Virus record (IMG/VR): IMGVR_UViG_3300025458_000009
Location: 1-35,877 of that record
Origin: a virus
Taxonomy: Duplodnaviria > Caudoviricetes
Length of the DNA: 35,877 nucleotides
Strand: one strand, 5' to 3'
The translations under genes and the position numbers were made by a program. Shown one piece after another: positions 13,923 to 24,900 of this stretch (positions are counted from its first letter, which is position 1; each line of letters begins with the position of its first letter). The notes beneath the pieces are model-generated. The model searched no databases, had not been told where the DNA came from, and saw only the letters and a program-made list of their open reading frames with translations.

Positions 13923-15158
13923 ATGGATCTGACACTTGAAGCCTTGGAACAGGCACTCTCCCCCATCACTGAGATCGGTACTGAAGAACTGACGTTCACC
14001 GTCAGCGGTACTGAGGTTTCCCTGCGGGTTATGTCGCCGGAGGAAGAGGGGGAGGTCCAACGGTATTCGGCTGGGCCTATGCCGGAGAATCCTTCCGCCG
14101 ATGAGGTCATGTCCTACCTGGAGCGGTTCAAGGTTGCTGTCCTCTCACACGCTATCGTTCAGATCGGCACCATGAACCTCCGGGACGTCAAGTTCGTGGA
14201 GACCCCCGAGAAGCTGGACAACGACAAGCCGGTCAAGGTCGCCAAGCACCTGGCCATGCGAGGGATTCTGGACAAGTGGCCTGGTGGGATGCGGACTACC
14301 GTGTTCCTCCGCTACTACGATCTGCTGGAACAGTTCGAGCGCAGGGTCGATGCAGCCATCGACTATGAGCCCCCGGACCTTGATGCCGAGATCGAGCGGG
14401 TTGAGGCCCACCTCAAGAAGCTCAAGGAGGCCAAGGAGCGCAAGTCCAAGGATGCCCAGGAGGGGTTCGCAAACCAGGTCAAGATGGTCGCAGAGGAAGC
14501 ACGGGCCGGGAAGGATGCCAAGAAGGCCCACCGCCAGAAGGCTGTAGAGGCGGCCCTGGGCACCCCACAGCCTGAACCGGCCCCCGAACCCCCACAGGTG
14601 GAAGAGCCTCCCCAGGAGGCCGCACAGCCCGCCACAGGGACACGGCAGCCCATCACTCCTGCCAGCGCCGTGCCTCCGGCACCCCCGGAACCGGCTCCGC
14701 CCGTCGAAGAGCCCCCTGCGCCACAGGAGGAGCCCGTCGTGGAAGAGCCCGTCGCCGAGGAGAAGCCTGCTGCCCCGCTACCGCCTCCGCCCGCCGACGA
14801 TTCCTTCGTGGACATGTCGGACCCGGACGCCATGCAGCAGGAAGCGGCACGGGAGACAGCCCGCCTCATGGAAATGCGCCGGACAGTTGGGAAGGGCGCA
14901 CCCACATCGAACCCTTCGGCACTGACAGCAGTGCATGATGCCGTCCGTGCGAGATCAGCGGAGCCGGACCCGGGGATCGATGCGGCGGAACAGATCGGCG
15001 AGCAGGACGGCAAGCCCGTGTTCAGGGCACCGGCTCAGGAACTGACCCGGACAGCGCACGCAGATCCACGGTCAGCCCCGCCTGTTCAGATCGATGCACC
15101 GGCACAGATGGATGCTTCTCGTAACCCGAGGTTCAAGGCCCCGCCCAAGGGACCGTAA
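13923..15158 (+). CDS. Probable tail assembly chaperone with coiled coil and Pro/Glu-rich linker
   Basis: Follows the tube gene. N-terminal VSLRVMSPEEE...LSHAIVQIG pattern, coiled coil, long PEPAPEPP low-complexity region, ends NPRFKAPP. Confidence 0.6.
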   Translation: MDLTLEALEQALSPITEIGTEELTFTVSGTEVSLRVMSPEEEGEVQRYSAGPMPENPSADEVMSYLERFKVAVLSHAIVQIGTMNLRDVKFVETPEKLDNDKPVKVAKHLAMRGILDKWPGGMRTTVFLRYYDLLEQFERRVDAAIDYEPPDLDAEIERVEAHLKKLKEAKERKSKDAQEGFANQVKMVAEEARAGKDAKKAHRQKAVEAALGTPQPEPAPEPPQVEEPPQEAAQPATGTRQPITPASAVPPAPPEPAPPVEEPPAPQEEPVVEEPVAEEKPAAPLPPPPADDSFVDMSDPDAMQQEAARETARLMEMRRTVGKGAPTSNPSALTAVHDAVRARSAEPDPGIDAAEQIGEQDGKPVFRAPAQELTRTAHADPRSAPPVQIDAPAQMDASRNPRFKAPPKGP

Positions 15159-15167
15159 TGGAGGAGC

Positions 15168-16361
15168 ATGCCCACCGACCTGCCGACGACGACCTCTTCA
15201 CAGCGAGCGCCCCTCTACGAGGACGTGGAGAGTCTGCTGATGATGGGGTTCCTCTCCAACCCGGTAACGGTCAACGGGCTCCGTCTCAGTCTCCGGTCCC
15301 TGGGACCTGGCGACAGATTCCTCCTGCACACGAGGGCTGCGGGCACCCCTGACAAGCAGTGGAAGTGCTGGATGGTGGCCTCCTCCGTCTGGATGGTAGA
15401 CGGCTACTGCATCCTCGGTGAACCCCACGCAGCCCCTGCCATCTGGAAGAAGATTCAGGCGCTCCCCCCGTCTGCCCTGGAGATGTTGTTCAGCATCGTT
15501 CAAGGGCTTTTCGCCCGACAGGACAGGGCTATCGGGGCTGTTGAGCCCTACACCTACGAGACCGCCTCCAGGTACTTGTGGCGCTCCACGGCTGGCCGGT
15601 TCCGTCCGGGCGTGCCTGGTGCTGAAAAGCTGGGGTCGAACCACGTCCAACAGATGTGGGCCTTCTACAACCGGGTAGAGGACACCAAACAGTCTCAGGA
15701 TGCGGTGTGGGAGGGCCAGAAGTTCGTCGCCTCCACGATGTCCTCTGGGGTCAAGAAGGTCGATCAGAAGGACAGGCAGCGGACACAGCAGGAGACAGAG
15801 CGCCGTCAGCGTGTCCAAGACCTGTTCTACTACAAGCACATCGGGATCATTTCGGACGACCCGGAGAAGAAAGGCGAGGATCCCCGGCTGGCGGGCGTCA
15901 CTCACGCCAACACCCCCGACGAACTGGCGGACGAGATGCGTCGTTGGGTACAGGGGGATGAGGACATCCACGACCAGGTGGTCAGCGCCTACAAGCGTGC
16001 GGTTGTAGCCCAGCACACACAGCAGAAAGAGGAGCAGGAGAAGCGGGCAGCGGCGTACCGGGAACAGTTGGAGCATTTCCAGGGGCCGTCCACACAGCTT
16101 GTCGGCTACACGGCGGCACAGTTGCAGGAGATCGTCAAAGATCGGAGCCCGGGAGCGCCTGGTGTTCGCTTTATTGCTGAAGGGGGCCAAGGAGGTCGAG
16201 ATTACCTCTATGAGAAGTACCTAGAGAGGGAGCCTGATGCCGGTTTGCTTTCTACTCAACAGGGCAGAGTGGTCAGGCAAGGGGCTCCGTCCCTGTTGGA
16301 AAAGGTGGCCGAAAGGCAGCTTCAGTTTGGCAGGTCGGTTGATGATGAGCCCACGGAGTAA
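15168..16361 (+). CDS. Probable second tail assembly chaperone
   Basis: SD GAGGAG; directly precedes TMP; LSLRSL...VASSVWMVDG and NHVQQMWAFYNRVED motifs. Confidence 0.55.
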   Translation: MPTDLPTTTSSQRAPLYEDVESLLMMGFLSNPVTVNGLRLSLRSLGPGDRFLLHTRAAGTPDKQWKCWMVASSVWMVDGYCILGEPHAAPAIWKKIQALPPSALEMLFSIVQGLFARQDRAIGAVEPYTYETASRYLWRSTAGRFRPGVPGAEKLGSNHVQQMWAFYNRVEDTKQSQDAVWEGQKFVASTMSSGVKKVDQKDRQRTQQETERRQRVQDLFYYKHIGIISDDPEKKGEDPRLAGVTHANTPDELADEMRRWVQGDEDIHDQVVSAYKRAVVAQHTQQKEEQEKRAAAYREQLEHFQGPSTQLVGYTAAQLQEIVKDRSPGAPGVRFIAEGGQGGRDYLYEKYLEREPDAGLLSTQQGRVVRQGAPSLLEKVAERQLQFGRSVDDEPTE

Positions 16362-16364
16362 CTA

Positions 16365-19300
16365 ATGCCGCCTTCTGCGAATGACATCGTCGTCCGGGTC
16401 ATACCGGACATCCAGGCTGCCGGGGGTTCGATCTCCTCGCAGTTCAAGAAGGTCGCCAACCCGATCAAGAAGATCGTCGGCGACGCCCTTGGGGAAGCCC
16501 TGGATACGGCGTGGTCCCCCCGTGCGCTTGGCAAGGTCCAGAAGAACCTCGCCAAGATCGAGGTGGAGGCGGTCAAGGCAAGGGAAACAGCTTCCATCAA
16601 GGCTGCCGCCATCGACCGCCGCCTCCGTAAGAAGCACCTCGGTGAGGATGAGAAGATCCGCCTCCAATCGGCCAAGAAAGAGGCGAATCTGGAGGCCAAG
16701 AACCTTGAAGACCGCCTGAAGAAAGAGGCTGGTGCGGTTTCCGCCGCCGCAAAGCGCAGCAAGGACGCTGAGACACAACTGAAGGCTATGGGCGCAGAGG
16801 TTTCTAAACTCTCCTCCGCCTCCGCAGAACGCTTCGGAGAGTCCCTGGCCGGTGCGTTTGCAGACCTTTCCTCCGGGGATCTTGGGAACATGTCCGGTCT
16901 CATCAAGAAGATCGGTGAGGGCACGAAGAAGCAGGGCTTGAACGCACAGGCCAAAGCCGACACCGGTGAAGCGGGCAAGCTCATGGGCACCTTGGGCGGG
17001 TTCCTGACCAAGATCGGCCCTGCTCTGATCGCCATCGGGGCTATTGCTGGAGGGCTGGCCGCCATCGCCAAGCTCATCATGGACGTAGATGAGAAGGCGA
17101 AGGACCTCAACAAGACCATGCTCGAATCTGGGCTGACCGGGTTGGAGGTGGCGGGTGCTCTCGATGATGTGGAGGCCGGGTTCACCAAGATCCGCAAAGC
17201 GTTCACGGACTTCAACCTCAACCGGATCTGGGGCACAACGCCAGAGGACCACATCAAGATCCTTGGGGCCTACTCTGAAGCGGGGTTCACGTTCAAGGAG
17301 GTCACGAAGGGAGCCGCCAATGCCGCAGAGGAGATGGAACGACTCCAGGATGCCACCATCATGACCCTCAAGTATTCCAAGCTCCTCGGTGCAGGCACGG
17401 ACGAGATGGCTGGCAACATCGGCATGTGGATGGAGGAGTTGGGCAAGGACATGAAGTCCGTAGAAGAAGGACTCGGGGCGATCACCATCGCCGCACGGGG
17501 GTCGGGCTTCGGCGTGAAGCGCTTCTACGGGATGGTCCTACAAGCTACCTCTGGCATGTCCATGTACAACGTCCGGTTGGCTGAGACCGCTGCCATGCTG
17601 TCCATGATCACCAAGATCCTCGGCCCGCAGCGTGGCGGGGCCTTTGTTGAGGGGCTCACCAAGGGCTTCAGCGAGGAAGGCTACCAGGACAGGATGAAGC
17701 GGACCAAGCTTGTTGGATCGGGCAAGGTCAAAGATGAACTAGGGGGGGCCGCAAGCCGGATAGGTAAGGACCTGCTGCGGGGGATGGATACAGGGAAGAT
17801 CGCGGGGCTACAGGCGGCAGCCAAGGCCGCAGGGTTGGACGTGAACCTGGTAGGCAAGTCCACAGAGGACCAGACCAAAGCCCTTGTCGCTGCCCTGACT
17901 ACAGCGGGGCCGAAGAAGACCGCCGCCTTTATTGCGGATGCGGAAGAGCATATCGGGTTGGATCAGACCAGGAAGCTGGAAGACCTGGCGAAGCTCTCAG
18001 CAGGGATCAAAGGCGGCCTTGCTGACGTGGCTCACGCTATGAGCGGGTTCGATATGGGCGGCAAGCTGGCGATCCTGCTCAACGGTGTGGCAGCCAAGTT
18101 CTCTAAGCCGATCTACGAATTGCAGGGGCTGGAGCGTGTGGGTGCCGCCGAAATGATGGGCATGTCCGTTGAGCAGTTCGATGAACTCCAGAGGATCAGC
18201 GGACGCCTGCACAGCAACTTTGAGAACACACAGAAGCAGGCCAAGCGAGATGCTGCACAGGGAAAGGAATCCTCCGAAGCTGTCATCAAGCAGCAGATCG
18301 AAACGCAGGGCATCTTCGCAGAGGGTGGCAAGGTTTGGGCTGCCATTCTGGATCAGGACGGGGAGATCGCACGGGACGAGAACGGCAAGATCATCAAGGA
18401 AGAGATCAAGAATGTCGGGGACTACATGCAGACACAGGGCAAGCTCTTGGAGCAAGCCGTGGCGTCTGAGTTGGACGAGCAGACCCGGCTGTCCGTGAAG
18501 ATCGCTTCCGCAACCACGGCGATGAGCCACACGATGAGCGTCGGGGTAGCCTCTGTTCTGGAAGGCATCTACAGTGCGATCACCTCCATCAAGGAATGGC
18601 TGTTCGGGGATAAGGACGAGAAGGTTGTCGCTGAAGTTGTCGACCGGGCACTTCAGGGGGTCGAGAAGAGTCTTCGGGAGGGCCAAGAGGCTGTCCGCAT
18701 GTCGGAGGCTTTGATCGATTCGTATCGGGACTTGATGCAGGCGGACCCCAAGAACAAGGCCAAGCACAAGAAGGACCTGGAGCTAGAAACGGCGGCCCTT
18801 GCAGCGATGCAGGCACAAGTAGCGGCGTACACGGCGCAGAAGGAGTCCCTGCGAGGTGAAGGGTATATAGGGAGTAAGCCCGCCGGTTGGTCCAGTACCG
18901 AGTGGCAGACACAACGGGGGAAGATGCTCAAGGGTATCGCATCCGGTGGCAGGGAGGACCCAATGGCTGCGGGACAGAGCCTCCAGTCCATGTCTGTTCA
19001 GCATGCCGGGATGGCCTCACAATGGGGTCCTTTGGTTCAGAAACTGGCCTCCCAGGGCAACCGTAAGGCCCAGGAGGCAGTGTCGGGCATGGAATACATC
19101 CCGGGGGCAGAGATCCCGACCCCGAAGGGAGGCTGGACAGCCCCCATGGAGTGGAAGAAAGAGGACCTGACCATGTTGGCGGAGGCCCTTGGGGTGGGGT
19201 TCCAGCAACAGTGGCTCACCCCGATTGCGGACATGCAGGGAGAGGTGTTCCAGTTCCTTGTGAAAGGTAAGGGGACCAAGATCGAAGGGCAGGGAGCGGA

Positions 19301-19910
19301 AGCTGTGGGTGAGTCCGCTTTCGGGGAAGCCTTCTTGAAGGACGCCGGGGAAGGGACGGAGTACCAGGCCGCCCTACTCAGGTTGGAGGAGCAGAAGGAA
19401 TCCCGCAGGTCGGTTCGCCGGGGGGAGTTCAAGGCCGACACACAGGACGCTACGAAGACGGGAGTCCTAGCGGCCATGGAGGACATCGAAAACCAGAAGA
19501 AGAAGGAGCAGGCCAGCCGGATAGGGGCATCACTCAGGGCAATCACAGACGGCGGGTCCCAGGCTTACTGGGAGGAGGCTGCAGAGGCCCTCATGAAGGG
19601 TCAGATGTCCGACGAGGTGAGGGCAACCTTGTTGCCACACAAGGGCCGCATCGGTGAGTTGATGGGGAACACGAACATCCCGGGTTTGCTGGGGGGCAAG
19701 ACGGACGACATGGTGTTGCAGATCGGGGCTGGCGGCGTGAAGTTCGCACAGCGGGTCGACAACAACGACGTCGGTGTGTTCGCCAAGCCTGGAGGGGCCA
19801 TCTCCAAGGGCGGCGCTGGCGGTTCCGTCAACGTGTTCCACCTTTACAACGACGGCCCTGGCGTCATGAAGTCCATCGAGAAGGCCCAGCGGGCCGGGGT
19901 TCTGGGTTAA
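16365..19910 (+). CDS. Tape measure protein (1181 aa)
   Basis: Ala/Gly/Lys-rich helical protein with coiled coils and a hydrophobic segment (KIGPALIAIGAIAGGLAAIAKLI); canonical position after the chaperones. Confidence 0.85.
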   Translation: MPPSANDIVVRVIPDIQAAGGSISSQFKKVANPIKKIVGDALGEALDTAWSPRALGKVQKNLAKIEVEAVKARETASIKAAAIDRRLRKKHLGEDEKIRLQSAKKEANLEAKNLEDRLKKEAGAVSAAAKRSKDAETQLKAMGAEVSKLSSASAERFGESLAGAFADLSSGDLGNMSGLIKKIGEGTKKQGLNAQAKADTGEAGKLMGTLGGFLTKIGPALIAIGAIAGGLAAIAKLIMDVDEKAKDLNKTMLESGLTGLEVAGALDDVEAGFTKIRKAFTDFNLNRIWGTTPEDHIKILGAYSEAGFTFKEVTKGAANAAEEMERLQDATIMTLKYSKLLGAGTDEMAGNIGMWMEELGKDMKSVEEGLGAITIAARGSGFGVKRFYGMVLQATSGMSMYNVRLAETAAMLSMITKILGPQRGGAFVEGLTKGFSEEGYQDRMKRTKLVGSGKVKDELGGAASRIGKDLLRGMDTGKIAGLQAAAKAAGLDVNLVGKSTEDQTKALVAALTTAGPKKTAAFIADAEEHIGLDQTRKLEDLAKLSAGIKGGLADVAHAMSGFDMGGKLAILLNGVAAKFSKPIYELQGLERVGAAEMMGMSVEQFDELQRISGRLHSNFENTQKQAKRDAAQGKESSEAVIKQQIETQGIFAEGGKVWAAILDQDGEIARDENGKIIKEEIKNVGDYMQTQGKLLEQAVASELDEQTRLSVKIASATTAMSHTMSVGVASVLEGIYSAITSIKEWLFGDKDEKVVAEVVDRALQGVEKSLREGQEAVRMSEALIDSYRDLMQADPKNKAKHKKDLELETAALAAMQAQVAAYTAQKESLRGEGYIGSKPAGWSSTEWQTQRGKMLKGIASGGREDPMAAGQSLQSMSVQHAGMASQWGPLVQKLASQGNRKAQEAVSGMEYIPGAEIPTPKGGWTAPMEWKKEDLTMLAEALGVGFQQQWLTPIADMQGEVFQFLVKGKGTKIEGQGAEAVGESAFGEAFLKDAGEGTEYQAALLRLEEQKESRRSVRRGEFKADTQDATKTGVLAAMEDIENQKKKEQASRIGASLRAITDGGSQAYWEEAAEALMKGQMSDEVRATLLPHKGRIGELMGNTNIPGLLGGKTDDMVLQIGAGGVKFAQRVDNNDVGVFAKPGGAISKGGAGGSVNVFHLYNDGPGVMKSIEKAQRAGVLG

Positions 19911-19913
19911 GCC

Positions 19914-20681
19914 ATGCCGTTGGGACACCGCACCAATGTCACGCCCGTTTTCCGGTCGGCGTTCAAGTCGAAGGACGATGAGTTCGATACCAACAAGGGG
20001 ACCAAGCCAGTCGTGTTCGACATCCTTGCCCCGGACCATGAGACCAGCATCCTCCCGGACGGCTTGGCGATGGTCCTGCACGTCAACCCAAGCTCGATGA
20101 GCCTCAATTACACGAAGATGATTGAGCGGATCCAGACGAAGGGCGGCTTCGTTGAGCAGCACTGGGGCGAGGGCGTCGATGGGATCGACTTCAACATGGC
20201 CACGGGCGGGTTCAAGCGGGTCTTCTCTGGCCTGTCCAACGTGACGGGCGGCCCTGGTGCCTACGACGCCAAGGGCACCCGGCGGGAGACCATCGCCTAC
20301 GACAAGTACCTGGACATGCTGGCCTTGTTCCACAACAACGGCAGCGTCTATGACGCCTCCGGCAAGATCGTGTTCCAGGGCATGATCAAGATCACCTTCG
20401 ACGGTGGCATCTACTTCGGGTGGTTCTCAGACTTCAACGTCACGGAAGCCGCCGAGAAGCCTTACCAGTTTGCGTTGACTACCAAGTTCACCATCGACCA
20501 CGAGGTCCAGCGGTTCCGCACGTTGCCTTACAACCGGGGCCTCGTACCCGGGGCCACAGGTATGCGTGACGTAGACCCCGCTTCGATTGTGCCCACGACC
20601 ACCCAGATCACGAATGAGCGGCTGGCAGGGAGCCTTGGCGGGCGTATCGGGGGCATTCTGTCCGGGGAGGGTCTGAAATGA
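19914..20681 (+). CDS. Tail tube initiator / baseplate tube-cap protein (gp48/gp54-like)
   Basis: LHVNPSSMSLNYTK..ERIQTKGGFVEQHWG and YFGWFSDFNVTEAAEKPYQF motifs; immediately after TMP. Confidence 0.65.
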   Translation: MPLGHRTNVTPVFRSAFKSKDDEFDTNKGTKPVVFDILAPDHETSILPDGLAMVLHVNPSSMSLNYTKMIERIQTKGGFVEQHWGEGVDGIDFNMATGGFKRVFSGLSNVTGGPGAYDAKGTRRETIAYDKYLDMLALFHNNGSVYDASGKIVFQGMIKITFDGGIYFGWFSDFNVTEAAEKPYQFALTTKFTIDHEVQRFRTLPYNRGLVPGATGMRDVDPASIVPTTTQITNERLAGSLGGRIGGILSGEGLK

Positions 20682-21988
20682 CAGTTCCCATCGGACAACG
20701 AGGGGCTATCCCTTCACCCAAGACGATCAGCGGGGACAACTACGGGGATCGACGCCTTCAGCAGGTTTCAAGGGCCGTAACGGACCCTCCGCCCCCGGAC
20801 GCATTCAGCGGACTGAGGAGCGGACCCGAACTGTCCCTCGAGTTGGAGGCCGCACGGGCGACCCCGCTTTCGTTGGAGGACAGCCTCCTGCGGAACCTCT
20901 CCCCGTTCATGTTCCAGGTGGAACCCCCGATGGTCTTTGGGGAGGACGCTGGGTTCACGGACAAGCCAAGGAACGCCTTCAACCCGGCCATGTACGGTGA
21001 GGCCGGGAACACAGGCATCACGTCGTTCCAGGCGGCCCGTGCCAAGCTCTCCCAGACAGGCATCGTGGGGATCAGCTACCAGGCGCAGGGGGCTCAGGAG
21101 TACGTCACACAGAACGCAGCCAGCAAGTCCTCCCAGACAGCCGCTGACGGTACGACTACGGACGTTGACGGTACAGGGGGCCAGAAGTTCGGGCAGCCCG
21201 CTATCGCCGATCTCTACACGGCTGTGGACATCGCCCAACAGTTGTCAGCGATCCTCAACACGCCGCCGCTTGTCCTGTTGATCAACCCGCAGAACATGGC
21301 GATCTCGTACACGAAGATTCAGCAGTACCAGGACCGTTCCAGGCACGGTTACATCTTCCATGCGTGGGGAGAGGACCAGCCTAAGCTCTCCATCACTGCT
21401 CGCTGCGGTGCGTTCCTGTCCGGCGGGAGAGGCGTCCAGTTCGCCAGTAAGCGGGACTCGAAGGCGTGGCAGAACCTGATGACCGCCTTCCAATTCTACA
21501 AGAACAACGGGTACATCTACGACACGGTCGGCAAGTCGAACGCCCACCTGTTCGTGGGTGCCCTGTCCATTCACTACGACGGGTGGATCTACTACGGCAA
21601 CATGGAATCCTTCTCCTACAGCTACGAGGAGGACAAGCAGAACGGTGGCATCGAGTTCACCATGGAGTTCACCGTGTCCTCCATGACGGACACGTCGCAG
21701 CCCTCCTTTGCCGTGACGCCTATGAAGTCCCCCACGGTGAGCCTGACCGACTCACGGTATATCAGGGATCCTTCACAGCGGGGGCACGAGGGGCCTGGGG
21801 TGTACTCGGTGGACCTGTTCACCAGCAAGCCCAACGTGTCCGTGCAGGGAAGAGTCATCGCCGGGTACAGCGGGGACACCGTGGACGTGGCGGAAGCAGA
21901 GCGTCCGACGGAGATCAACCCCAGTTCAAACGGGTTCCAACCTCCTGAGACACAAGAGGAAACCGAAGTGGCACAGGTGGAGGTCTAG
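20678..21988 (+). CDS. Second tube-initiator paralog (gp48/gp54-like)
   Basis: LLINPQNMAISYTK...YIFHAWGE, FYKNNGYIYD and YYGNMESFSYSYEE align by eye to the previous gene (FHNNGSVYD). Confidence 0.65.
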   Translation: MTVPIGQRGAIPSPKTISGDNYGDRRLQQVSRAVTDPPPPDAFSGLRSGPELSLELEAARATPLSLEDSLLRNLSPFMFQVEPPMVFGEDAGFTDKPRNAFNPAMYGEAGNTGITSFQAARAKLSQTGIVGISYQAQGAQEYVTQNAASKSSQTAADGTTTDVDGTGGQKFGQPAIADLYTAVDIAQQLSAILNTPPLVLLINPQNMAISYTKIQQYQDRSRHGYIFHAWGEDQPKLSITARCGAFLSGGRGVQFASKRDSKAWQNLMTAFQFYKNNGYIYDTVGKSNAHLFVGALSIHYDGWIYYGNMESFSYSYEEDKQNGGIEFTMEFTVSSMTDTSQPSFAVTPMKSPTVSLTDSRYIRDPSQRGHEGPGVYSVDLFTSKPNVSVQGRVIAGYSGDTVDVAEAERPTEINPSSNGFQPPETQEETEVAQVEV

Positions 21989-24900
21989 TGGGTATCGAGC
22001 ATCGTCCATACGTCGGGACGTGGCAGATGGAGGGGCGCAAGCTCGTCCAGCACACCCCTGATGCCCTGGTCTACATTAACGGAGACCTGACGATCCCGGG
22101 TTGCCCCAAGTGCAACGGACGGATTGACATCCAGAAGTTCGTCACTGAGGTCTCCGTGGACGGGGGTACAGAACCTGGTGCGGCCTCTGCCAGCTTCACT
22201 ATGTCCGTTCCGTTCGCCACCAACGAGTCCCTGTTCCGGGACGCCCGGGCGCTCATCCGCCCGGGCCTGGAGGTCACGGTCTACGAGCGGGGCTACTTCC
22301 CTGTGAAGGGCCTGTACTCGAATCTCGGGGATCCCCGTAACCTGGAGAACCCGCCCGAAGGTGGGGGTTTTGACGCCTCCGGCCAGGTGCTTGTTGAACA
22401 GGCGACCCTCGACGAGGACATGATCGCCAAGTGGAAGGGTCGGGGCATGGACGCCCTTGACCAGGGCGGCAGTGTCGGCGAGTCCGCCGTCTACAGTGCG
22501 GCGGCCATGGAGGTCGTAGAGCAGTACTGGCGGCAGAAGTACCCCGCAGGACGTGTGGAGGTGCGGAGCAGCTACCGGGGCGGTGAGGAATCCAACCACG
22601 GCACAGGGGCAGCCACCGACTACGTCGTCAAGACGGGCCAAGGCGGGGCCGAAGTCCCACCCGCAGAGGTCTGGGCCGGACAGAAGAAGCTCGCCGCTGA
22701 TGGCAAGATCCCCGACGGCGGTCACGGCATGTACGTGAACCCTAAGACGGGCAGGCGCACCTCCACGAACCACTATGACTACCGGGGCTCCTACGGCTTC
22801 AAAGAGGGTGAACCCTCGATGTCGTGGATGCGGATCGATACGAACGGGGACGGCAAGGCCGACATGTCCACGGAGCGCAGTTGGGGTGGGGGCACCGGGG
22901 GCGCTATCGGGTGGCTCAACACCAACGGCATGGGGGAGCAGGCCGACTACTTTAATGGTGCGTGGGGGTCTGACAGCGGACTCCCCGGCACTGACGGCAT
23001 CCCCTCCCTCGACCAGGTGATGAGCACGGCCACGGAACAAGTAGACGGTACGATGGGTCCTCCGGCCCCCGTGACTCCCACGTCGGCGGACTTTGAGCCC
23101 TCCTTGCTGGAGGAGCTAGGGCTTGCAGGGCAGGGGCTTGAGGACGTGCTGGCCTACCCCTACTACCACGTCTTCCATGGGGTGGTGACACAGGTGGGGA
23201 CGGCCCGCTCTGGCCCGACCAAGACGATCAGCGTCCAGTGTGCCTCGATGCTGCACTTCTGGCAGTACCAGAGGGTGAGTACGAACGCCTCCCTGTTCGG
23301 TGCCCGACCTCAGAACTCAAAGCTCAAGGTGAGCCTGGTGGGCCACAACTTCACCGGGATGCACCCCTACGAGATCATCTACACGCTCCACAACGACGTG
23401 GGCGGTGCTGCGGCGGGTGTCTCGTGGGCACTCTCACAGTCCACGAACCAGGACGCATCAGGGATCACGGGTGACTCCCTGTTCAGCCTCAACTTGAAGT
23501 ACTGGGAGCAGCGTTTCCAGAACCGACAGGTGAAGCTCCGGTTGCACGGTGCCAGCGGAGAGTTGTTCAACGCCGCACAGGCCGATTGGCTGTCCCGCAC
23601 GAAGAGCAGTGAGCTTACAGGCTTGATGAAGCATAGGTTCAACCCCACAGGAGGGTCGGCCAACAAGGGCGTGATGCAACAGTCAGAGGCCCTGGGCTTG
23701 CGTAGCTCCGGCCTCCTGGACGCCCTTCAGTTCTCCCGACGGTCAGCCCCCGGTGGGGTGGACGGCACGTACCCCCGGTTTGAGATGAACCTCGGGGAGA
23801 TGCAGGCTTTCACGGCGGACATAGGGAACTACGGGCAGGTCCAACTGTTCGAATCCACCTACGAGTCCAAGCACGACATCGCCGTTGCCGTCTGTGAGAT
23901 CACAGGCTTTGAGTTCTTCCAAGACGTCGACGGCGACTTCGTGTTCAAGCCGCCGATGTACAACCTGGACACCTCGTCGAGCCGGGTCTATCGGATCGAG
24001 GACATCGACATCATCTCGATCAACTTCGACGAGAAGGAGCCCGAGTTCACTTACGTCACAGGCAAGGGGCCGGGGTTCAAGAACACCCTGGGCACTGGCC
24101 TGGAGGGCGAGTGGGGCGTTCAGGGACAGTACATCGATTACCGGCTGGTGGCCCAGTTCGGATGGCGGCCCCTCGACTTTGAGGTCGCCTACTTCAACGA
24201 CAGCAAGAGCCTGTTTTTCGCCTCCGTCAACCGTATGGACATCGCCAACGCAGCGATCAACTCGGCGAGCGTCACGATCCCGTTGCGCCCGGAGTTGAGG
24301 CCCGGTTACCCGGTCTTCATCCCGTACCTGGACTGCTTCTACTACTGCAACAGCTTTGCCCACAGCTTCAGCGTGGGCGGCCAGTGTACGACGGCCCTTC
24401 AGTTGATCGGCAAGCGGGCCAAGTTCTACGCCCCGGGCTACCCGAACAAGACGGGGATAGAAGCCATTGACCTGTCGAACACGTACCTCCCGCAGAAGCC
24501 CTTGGAGGTCCTGGACGGGAACAACAGCCCGAGGCTGTCCGGGTTCCCGAACGTCGTGATGGCGCTCGACCCCACACAGATCAACCCGCTCTTCTTCGTT
24601 GTGGGTGAGGACATTGACGACATCGCCAATGATTTCACGCTCCAGGCGTTGCTCAACATGGCGGTCAAGGTGGGGGCCCTGAACACGGACGACCCCTCCA
24701 ACCCTGGCCCGAAGTATTGGATCAAAGTGGATGCGACCCGGAACAAGTACTTCTGGTTTGAGGGGCCCTCCGGGTATGCGGCGTCCGCCACGTCCACATC
24801 GAAGCCTGACGGTGCCATCGATCTCAAGGCGGCGGCGGAGGGGTACGAGGCCGCACAGAAGAAGATCACCAAGGCGGTAGACACCAAGGTGGGGGAGAAA

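Noticed and set aside
15100-15200. Programmed frameshift between the tail chaperones (lambda G/GT-like)
   Set aside because: No X XXY YYZ slippery heptamer seen near the 3' end of the first gene, and the second gene has its own strong SD (GAGGAG) and ATG.
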